From contig JBHLRP010000039.1 in NCBI GenBank assembly GCA_048882485.1, positions 1 through 23,092 on the forward strand: 23,092 nt of DNA, given 5' to 3'. Shown here one piece after another: positions 16,667 through 23,092 of this stretch. Positions within the stretch are counted from its first letter, which is position 1. Every line of letters starts with the position of its first letter. Under the pieces are notes generated by a model. The model was given only the letters and a program-made list of their open reading frames with translations, ran no database searches and was not told the origin of the DNA. This DNA is from Candidatus Thorarchaeota archaeon (GTDB lineage: Archaea; Asgardarchaeota; Thorarchaeia; Thorarchaeales; Thorarchaeaceae). The position numbers and the translations under genes were made by a program.

Positions 16667-17920
16667 TTAAATTCTATCTATAAGCTCAGCAATCTTTCTC
16701 TTGGCTCCGATTAATAGGCTCTTTATCATATAGGTGAATGGGACTATTATGGTCGCTTTTGGATGAGATGGGGCTGCCGCTATATCGCTCTTGATATCAG
16801 AGATTTCAGTTTGGTGCTTGACAATGGGATCTAATGACGCAACAACAATGGTGCCCATTATTAGTAGGACTGGAACAGGAAGTAGTATTGTAGGATTTGG
16901 AGCAGCAGACACTATTCCCGGGAACGCAGCAATGTAGGGTAGAAGAAGGCTTGAAAACCCAATGAGAAGGACTCTTTGTCCTGATATCAAGCCTTTCAGG
17001 TAACGTAGTATGTAGAACCCAAATAGCAGATGCAGCGAGAGGTATGTGAAGTAATATAGCGAATCCATTGGCAATAAGGCGGAAAAGGAAACGTATATTT
17101 GATCAACCGGTTGCCCTGGAACTACGGGGACTGACCTTTCATATTGAAAGAAGCCGCATAGGGAAAGCATGACATAAACTGCTTGATTCCCTGGAAAAAC
17201 GGCAGTCATTCCTACTGGCACTAGGGTGGTTACAATACCGATTGCACAAGCTAGGATTCTATGCTTTGCTCGGAAGTCCCGATGACTGGCTTCCCTGATT
17301 ATAAGCGGAAGTATAATCAGAATGACCATTACAAGCGTGCTGAAACGAAGGAGTTTCCAATCAGGGCTTGTCTGTACCAGCCACAACAAGTCCGCTGGTG
17401 GGAAATGTTCCATGAAGTAGATTGTCACTACTGCGGTGCCAAAGTACGCGGCCAACCCAGCATCTCGGATTGGTTCATTTGGATCTTGATTCCTGATTTT
17501 GCGATTCAACAGGATTGCAGGTATACAAATTAAGAATCCAATGACCAAGGTCACAGGATTGCTAATTGTCATCAGAGGAGTATCGCTGTCGCTCCATTCA
17601 TGATATTCCATTAACACGGAGCTCATCCAGATATCATAGTAATTGCTAGCTGGAACAGGTTGGATATCTTCATAGTAGATTATCTCAATGGGAATTATGA
17701 AGAGAATGAATATTGCCACTGCCATCTTGGCCCAGAAGGACAGATCTATTGACCTTCCCCTTAGAATGATTGTGAATCTCCTCACTTCCCCAGGATACGT
17801 CAAGAGTATGTCTCCGAGGCAGGTTATTGAGCAGGTAGCTGAAGCTACAGATTTTGAATTCAAAGCAGCTCCCAAATGCTCCTTAGGTTGATTTGCTTCA
17901 TGCTTATTATTAATTTCCAA
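16667..17920 (-). CDS. Hypothetical polytopic membrane protein (about 8 TM)
   Basis: Long ORF with about eight hydrophobic segments and no motif I recognise. The true start is probably downstream, near 'MAVAIFILF'. Confidence 0.7.
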   Translation of the reverse strand: MEINNKHEANQPKEHLGAALNSKSVASATCSITCLGDILLTYPGEVRRFTIILRGRSIDLSFWAKMAVAIFILFIIPIEIIYYEDIQPVPASNYYDIWMSSVLMEYHEWSDSDTPLMTISNPVTLVIGFLICIPAILLNRKIRNQDPNEPIRDAGLAAYFGTAVVTIYFMEHFPPADLLWLVQTSPDWKLLRFSTLVMVILIILPLIIREASHRDFRAKHRILACAIGIVTTLVPVGMTAVFPGNQAVYVMLSLCGFFQYERSVPVVPGQPVDQIYVSFSALLPMDSLYYFTYLSLHLLFGFYILRYLKGLISGQRVLLIGFSSLLLPYIAAFPGIVSAAPNPTILLPVPVLLIMGTIVVASLDPIVKHQTEISDIKSDIAAAPSHPKATIIVPFTYMIKSLLIGAKRKIAELIDRI

Positions 17921-18071
17921 TCATTAAATCAACTGGCATGATGAAGCATCAGAGATCATATCCTCCAGGAAATATCGTTTGGACGTTCTGACACTCTCGG
18001 AGTCAACGAGAAGAGCGCTTATTGCAGACGATGTGCCAAGAAACACCTACTAGAAAACTGGTGTTCGAGCG

Positions 18072-18863
18072 ATGGTTGAATCAATCGAGGTTTTGGAAGC
18101 CACTCCTGAGGACGCTGAAATCCTTGCAGAGATTTCGAAGAGAGCCTTTGAGAGTGACATTGATGTAGGTGCCTCAGTGAAAGGAGGTCCACTGGGGTAT
18201 GACTCAGTGGAAGTCCATATGAAAGACGCGAAGAGAGAGTGGTTAGATTACATGAAAGTCCTCTATAAGGGACAGATTGTAGGAGGGATGCGCGTGTACA
18301 GGATGCATCACGGCCATTATGAGATAATGGGTGTCTTTGTAGACCCTGATTATCATAGAAAAGGAATTGGCCAGAAATCTTTCGAGATTGTAATGCAAAT
18401 GTATCCAGATGCAAAGAAATGGACTCTTGATACACCAGACTGGAATTTTCGAACCAAGAACTTCTACGAGAAGCTCGGCTTCGTTCAGTACGGAGTCATG
18501 CGATGGGAGCCAGATTTTGAGCTTCGAGCGTATGAGCTGCTACTGGACCCAGATTTCAAGAGAGATGTCACAGGCATAGGTGAACTTGTTGATGGCATGA
18601 AACAAGTCACAGTTGAAGGGTCAGTGGATGACATTCCACCTGCACGCGAAGTAGTTTCAAGAAAGGATGGAAAGACTCACAGGGTTGCTGATGCAAGACT
18701 ATCCGATGAAACGGGGTCCGTTAAGTTGGCTCTTTGGAATGATGCCATTCGGCAGGTAAATCCAGGGGAGAGAATACTTGTTGAAAAAGGATATGTGAAT
18801 TCGTTCAGAGAGGAGATTCAACTCAATTTGAGTAGATTTGGAAGACTTATCATCCTGCAATGA
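18072..18863 (+). CDS. GNAT acetyltransferase fused to a C-terminal SSB/RPA-type OB fold
   Basis: Residues ~1-158 carry GNAT motif A VDPDYHRKGIGQ and NFYEKLGF. Residues ~165-263 (IGELVDGMKQVTVEG...LSDETGSVKLALWND...GYVNSFREEIQLNL) resemble crenarchaeal single-OB SSB. Confidence 0.88.
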   Translation: MVESIEVLEATPEDAEILAEISKRAFESDIDVGASVKGGPLGYDSVEVHMKDAKREWLDYMKVLYKGQIVGGMRVYRMHHGHYEIMGVFVDPDYHRKGIGQKSFEIVMQMYPDAKKWTLDTPDWNFRTKNFYEKLGFVQYGVMRWEPDFELRAYELLLDPDFKRDVTGIGELVDGMKQVTVEGSVDDIPPAREVVSRKDGKTHRVADARLSDETGSVKLALWNDAIRQVNPGERILVEKGYVNSFREEIQLNLSRFGRLIILQ

Positions 18864-18938
18864 TGAACATCTCCATAAACCGAAACACAAATGACCTGCG
18901 ACTCTCGAGCCTGACAAACCTCAACTTCCATTGATGAT

Positions 18939-19856
18939 GTGAGATCCTTGGACAATATTGACAAGAGAATCATATTCGCGCTAGACCAAGACTGCCGGCT
19001 ATCATACCAGGCAATAGCAGACAAGATTGGCCTTACAGCAAATGCCGCAAAGAAGAGAATCGCAAAGCTTGTCGAATCAGGCATAATCGACCGATTTCTT
19101 ATCACACCATCCTTCGCTATGATGAATGCAGACCTTGTTCTAGCTATTGTCCAAAGTGATGGCACAGAATACCAGGAGGACCTCATTGAAACCATGGGAA
19201 GCAATCCATCCGTCGCACAAGTGAGTTCAGTTGCTTGTGGCATGGGGGGTCTCTATGCAGTATTTGCTGCAGTGAGTGGTTCAAGGGCCCTCTTGGAGTT
19301 TGGTTCTCAGATAAGGAAGCTTGAGTCTGTTACTGATGTCGACATTCATGTCTTGCTCTACCCAAAGGGTAAGAAGGTTAAACTTTCTAAGACGCAAAAG
19401 ACTGTGCTTCGGTATCTTGTGGAAAATACTCGTGCTACTATCGCGGATGTTGCAAAAGCAACAGGGATGACAGCACGAAGAGCACGAAGAGCAATTGACG
19501 ACCTCAACGAGGGAGAAGGAGTCGCATTCAGTGTTCTTTGGAATCTCGGTATCGGCGGATTGACTGAGGTTCTTATGAGGATTGCCTGGGATGAGAAGAG
19601 TACCACTGCCAATGAGATTGTGGAATGGCTTCAAGAGAAATTTCCTGATGAGTTTTGGTCTCCATTCATTTCTGCTGTAGCTCCAATCATCTTTGCCAGA
19701 TTTGTGGTCAGTGAGATTGAAACCGCGGAAGCAATATCAAGAACTATTAGAAGAGCGCCATTTGTTGACTTGGTAACTTCCTTGGTTCTATACTCCAACA
19801 AAATCTTCGAGTGGCCCGGGACTATTGAATTGAAGAAACTGTTAGACAGCCAATAG
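18939..19856 (+). CDS. Lrp/AsnC-family regulator with two tandem wHTH + RAM-like units
   Basis: LDNIDKRIIFALDQDCRLSYQAIADKIGLTANAAKKRI; second HTH LSKTQKTVLRYLVENTRATIADVAK. Clear paralog of 14112..15116. GTG start. Confidence 0.88.
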   Translation: MRSLDNIDKRIIFALDQDCRLSYQAIADKIGLTANAAKKRIAKLVESGIIDRFLITPSFAMMNADLVLAIVQSDGTEYQEDLIETMGSNPSVAQVSSVACGMGGLYAVFAAVSGSRALLEFGSQIRKLESVTDVDIHVLLYPKGKKVKLSKTQKTVLRYLVENTRATIADVAKATGMTARRARRAIDDLNEGEGVAFSVLWNLGIGGLTEVLMRIAWDEKSTTANEIVEWLQEKFPDEFWSPFISAVAPIIFARFVVSEIETAEAISRTIRRAPFVDLVTSLVLYSNKIFEWPGTIELKKLLDSQ

Positions 19857-19965
19857 CCTCGAGAAGCTTCGCTCATCTCAATTGGCTCTTCAAGCGTTGA
19901 ATTCTTATGAGATGAATCTGCATTCTGTCAAATAGAATAACGATTAGGTCAGTGAGATAGGGATA

Positions 19966-22644
19966 TTGACAGGTCAACCTTGCGACGAGCTGGCGCGAGC
20001 AGAAGAACTACTGAAGAATGGGGAATATAATCAGGCCCTTCAGATAGTACAATCCCTTTCATCCAATGAACTGATGCCTGCTGAAAGCCTCCATTGCTCG
20101 CTTCTTGAGTGCAAACTACGCATCAGGTTGGGTGATCTTGAGAAGGCCGGGCATGTTGCTGATGAGTCTTTAGAAGTTGCCAGGCAGCAGGAGAATACGC
20201 TCATGATGCTTGACTTTCTTCTCATTAAGGTTGAGCTTGCATGGCGTTCAGGAGAATTTGATGAAGGCCTTTTGATGGTCCCAGAGATTGAGAACCAACT
20301 GAAACAAAGCGATGTAAAATCAGATATTGATGAATCGGAACTAAAGAGAAGAAAGGCGCAGCTTTCACGTCATTGTGGAATCCTCAATTGGTATAAGGGA
20401 GACCTAGACAGAGCAGGCGAGTATCACGAAAAGAGCCTCGAGGTATATCGTGAATTGGGCGATAAGCCAGGCGAAGCTAGCTCTTTGAATAATATTGGAT
20501 TGGTGCAGTGGTCCAAGGGGAATCTCAATGCTGCAGCTGAGTATTATGAAAAGAGCCTATCAATCAGACAAGAATTAGGGGTCCCCTATGAAATCGCGGT
20601 TATTCTGAACAATCTCGGAAATGTCTATGTAATGAAAGGTGACTTAGAAAGTGCATTAGAATACCATAATCAAGCCCTACACATTAGGGAGAAGCTGGAT
20701 AATAAGCCTGATTTGGCAACCTCATTGACAAACGTGGGATCCGTTTACCAGACAAGGGGGAGTTTGAACCAGGCGTTGGAATGTTATCATAGGGCATTGA
20801 AAATCTATGAGGATATTGATGTTAAACAGGGCATGGCATTAATTCTAAGCAACTTGGGCAGTGCATATGAAATCCGAGGAGATCTTCTTCAGTCACTTGA
20901 TTATCAGCAAAGAAGCCTAGAGATTAGAAAAGAACTTGGAAACAGGCAAGAGATAGCTCTTTCGCTTCTCAACATCGGTGGAATTCATCGCCAGAGGGGT
21001 GATTCGGAATTAGCTCTGGAAACTTTACAACAGAGCCTGGAATTGTTCAAAGAATCAGGTAATGAGTCCTATACAGCTGCTGCAAATTATTTCATCATAG
21101 CAGTAGCAACTGAGAATGATGACCTTGAAGCTGCTGACGATGCTCTTCGCAATCTTCAGGAACTCAGTGAGGAGACCACCAACCCAGTCATCAGCCAGCG
21201 GTATAGAGTGGCCAAAGCAATCCGACTGAAGGCAAGCAAAGGCGCTCGAGACAAACTTGAAGCTCAAGGAATACTTGCTGAAATTGTTCAAGAAGAAGTG
21301 GTTCAGCACACGCTCACTGTGACTGCAATGGTCCATCTTTGTGATTTGCTTCTGTTTGAGCTCAAAATGACAGGTGACGAAGAGCTCTTCGAGAGTGCGA
21401 AAGATATAGCACAGCAGATCATGAACATCGCCAAATCTCAGATGTCCTACTCTCTCCTTGCTGAGGCTTATATTCTTCAATCAAAATTCGCATTAGTGGA
21501 GCAAGACATCGAAAAAGCTAGGATTTTGCTTTCACAAGCACATATCATGACTCAAGAGAAAGACCTCTACATCCTTGCTAGAAAAGTAGCTCACGAAAGG
21601 GATCTGCTGCAATTGGAGGTAGACAAGTGGCAGAAGATAATCGAAAAGAATCCATCTCGAAAGGAAATGATTGACTTTGCCCAACTTGATGACTATCTCG
21701 AGCGCATGATCAAGAAGACGGTGGCAGTCCTTACAGCCGATGAGAAGAAGGAGTTCGGTGATGAAGCAGTCAAGGAGAAGTACCGCCTAGCATATTCCGA
21801 CCTACTCGAGGGAGCAGAAGCTGTCGAAAAGAGTCAGTTTCGAGTGGGCATTGCTCAGATTGGACTCTCCCAGAATGGAGACCTTCTCGGTGAGTATTAT
21901 GAGGAATTTGGCAAAGGTCTCTTGGTAATTCAAAAAGATAGGATTGACGAGGTGAAGGCCAGAGTTGAGAAAGCGATCAATGAAGCCAATGATGCGGGGG
22001 TCAATGTCCTACTCTTCCCGGAGATGACAATAGACCTGAATTATCCAGAATTGATTGATGAGGTAACTAAACTGGCGAAGAAGCATCGGATGTACATCAT
22101 CCCGGGGTCGTTTCATGAGGAGGAATCCAAGCAGAACCTATGCAGAGTCATCGGACCCACCGGAGTCATTTGGGAGCAAGCCAAACATATACCCGCTATC
22201 ATCCATCTCAAAGGAAAGAGATTCACTGAGGGTATCGATGTTGGGCAGCACCCAAGAGAGACCATAGTCTGCAACACAGAATATGGAAGAATGGCTATTG
22301 TCATCTGTCGTGATTTCCTAGACATGGATTTGCGTGTTGAACTGAAGAACTTCGACCCGCCAATCGATTTGGTGCTTAATCCAGCATTTACGCCGGTCAC
22401 GGCTGATTTCGATGCAGCTCATTTTGATGCCAGAAGGTCAATCTATGCATACTGCTTCTTCGCCAATGTAGCTGAGTTCGGCGACTCACTCATATACACT
22501 CCTGAGAAAGAAAAGATTGAGAGGAAGCTGACAGCTGGAGAGGAGGGCCTTATCTACAAAGATGTGGATTTGTTCCAGCTTAGGTCAGAAAGGAAGAAAT
22601 GGGAAAAAGAGCGCAGACGGTTTATCCAAAGCACCAAGTCATAG
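19966..22644 (+). CDS. TPR-repeat protein fused to a C-terminal carbon-nitrogen hydrolase (nitrilase superfamily) domain
   Basis: About six 40-aa TPR units (SLNNIGxVxxxKGxLxxAxEYxxKSLxIxxELG) and a helical linker, then FRVGIAQ, LLFPE686, QAK740H, VIC781RDF, LVLNPA, FFANVA and GDSLIY. TTG start. Confidence 0.9.
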   Translation: MTGQPCDELARAEELLKNGEYNQALQIVQSLSSNELMPAESLHCSLLECKLRIRLGDLEKAGHVADESLEVARQQENTLMMLDFLLIKVELAWRSGEFDEGLLMVPEIENQLKQSDVKSDIDESELKRRKAQLSRHCGILNWYKGDLDRAGEYHEKSLEVYRELGDKPGEASSLNNIGLVQWSKGNLNAAAEYYEKSLSIRQELGVPYEIAVILNNLGNVYVMKGDLESALEYHNQALHIREKLDNKPDLATSLTNVGSVYQTRGSLNQALECYHRALKIYEDIDVKQGMALILSNLGSAYEIRGDLLQSLDYQQRSLEIRKELGNRQEIALSLLNIGGIHRQRGDSELALETLQQSLELFKESGNESYTAAANYFIIAVATENDDLEAADDALRNLQELSEETTNPVISQRYRVAKAIRLKASKGARDKLEAQGILAEIVQEEVVQHTLTVTAMVHLCDLLLFELKMTGDEELFESAKDIAQQIMNIAKSQMSYSLLAEAYILQSKFALVEQDIEKARILLSQAHIMTQEKDLYILARKVAHERDLLQLEVDKWQKIIEKNPSRKEMIDFAQLDDYLERMIKKTVAVLTADEKKEFGDEAVKEKYRLAYSDLLEGAEAVEKSQFRVGIAQIGLSQNGDLLGEYYEEFGKGLLVIQKDRIDEVKARVEKAINEANDAGVNVLLFPEMTIDLNYPELIDEVTKLAKKHRMYIIPGSFHEEESKQNLCRVIGPTGVIWEQAKHIPAIIHLKGKRFTEGIDVGQHPRETIVCNTEYGRMAIVICRDFLDMDLRVELKNFDPPIDLVLNPAFTPVTADFDAAHFDARRSIYAYCFFANVAEFGDSLIYTPEKEKIERKLTAGEEGLIYKDVDLFQLRSERKKWEKERRRFIQSTKS

Positions 22645-22675
22645 TCATTCATTTATCGTAAATGGTCAAATTCCA

Positions 22676-22682
22676 TTTTTTT
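22676..22682 (+). terminator. Oligo-T tract, candidate archaeal terminator of the TPR-nitrilase gene
   Basis: T7 run about 30 nt after the stop codon at 22644. Confidence 0.4.
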
Positions 22683-22697
22683 GAAACGATTTAAATA
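22683..22697 (+). promoter_or_regulatory. Candidate archaeal BRE/TATA promoter
   Basis: GAAACGA-TTTAAATA upstream of the small ORFs. Confidence 0.55.
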
Positions 22698-22761
22698 AAA
22701 GCTCAACATCATAACGCTGTTATGTTCCGGGCGCATTCAGCCCATTATGAAGAAGAGGAGG

Positions 22762-22893
22762 ATGTATGAATTGGAGCGGATATTACTTCAGACATTATCG
22801 CAGCATGAACTTGGAATCTTTCTGGGCATATCCATGATAATCATAATTGGGTTGGTACTATCTTCATGGATAGGAAATATGTGGTTCGGATAG
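22762..22893 (+). CDS. Putative single-TM microprotein (40-48 aa)
   Basis: MYELERILLQTLSQHELGIFLGISMIIIIGLVLSSWIGNMWFG*. SD GAGGAGG at 22755-22761 best fits TTG 22771. In-frame ATGs at 22747 and 22762. Too short for the ORF track. Confidence 0.6.
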   Translation: MYELERILLQTLSQHELGIFLGISMIIIIGLVLSSWIGNMWFG

Positions 22894-22947
22894 GGGCAAT
22901 CATAATGTTCCACTGAACCTGGAATCACCATGAGGGGAAAATAAGAA

Positions 22948-23064
22948 TTGGATACAGAAGAAAGGAAGTGGACCGGCTTTTTGCTGGGTCTTATAGTCAT
23001 TATCATCTTTATTATAGCAGTCCTCTATCTTCTCCTGAACTGGCCGTGGTATCCTGAATCATAA
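22948..23064 (+). CDS. Putative single-TM microprotein (38 aa)
   Basis: TTG start, MDTEERKWTGFLLGLIVIIIFIIAVLYLLLNWPWYPES*. GAGGGG at 22932-22937. Charged N-terminus, about 20-aa hydrophobic helix and aromatic cap. Confidence 0.62.
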   Translation: MDTEERKWTGFLLGLIVIIIFIIAVLYLLLNWPWYPES

Positions 23065-23092
23065 AGGCATCATGAGGAAGAATGTAAAAATG

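Noticed and set aside
19873-19915. Inverted repeat TCATCTCA...TGAGATGA with inner TTCAA-GCG-TTGAA
   Set aside because: The arms are short, so it cannot be distinguished from chance.
20370-21060. 120-nt periodicity as a DNA repeat or CRISPR array
   Set aside because: It is explained by degenerate 40-aa TPR coding repeats; there are no identical direct repeats with spacers.
1-22644. Defence island (Avs or DRT1-like) linking the STAND NTPase and the nitrilase
   Set aside because: They are 18 kb apart with metabolic genes between them. There is no reverse transcriptase, nuclease, RM or mobile-element gene in the window.
1968-23006. Remaining 60-141 aa antisense or alternate-frame ORFs in the track, including 22788..23006 (-)
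   Set aside because: They are nested in or antisense to well-supported genes and lack motifs. 22788..23006 is antisense to two small ORFs with better SD and promoter support.

Overview
Gene-dense, archaeal-looking chromosomal window. An Asgard/Thorarchaeia-like origin is an inference from TATA/BRE-type promoters, tandem-duplicated Lrp/AsnC regulators, long 40-aa TPR proteins and a crenarchaeal-type SSB fold. I see no rRNA, tRNA, CRISPR or transposase. In order: (1) a minus-strand STAND-class P-loop NTPase (1..1653) that runs off the left edge and is missing from the supplied ORF track; (2) a DinB-family protein and a D-2-hydroxyacid dehydrogenase; (3) a co-oriented uptake/catabolism cluster made of an SsuA/NMT1-type ABC importer, a CMD/AhpD-fold protein without CxxC, a luciferase-like and probably F420-dependent oxidoreductase, a divergent dihydroorotase-like cyclic amidohydrolase, and then an MFS permease; (4) two membrane-anchored beta-propeller proteins flanking an HTH protein with a Cys cluster; (5) two double-Lrp regulators, an amidase-signature amidase and a polytopic membrane protein; (6) two unusual fusions, GNAT acetyltransferase + SSB-type OB fold and TPR array + nitrilase/C-N hydrolase with an intact E-K-C triad; (7) two unannotated single-TM microprotein ORFs at the right edge. 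The best candidates for new biology are the GNAT-SSB fusion, the TPR-nitrilase fusion and the LLM/amidohydrolase/ABC cluster. Novelty could not be checked against databases.
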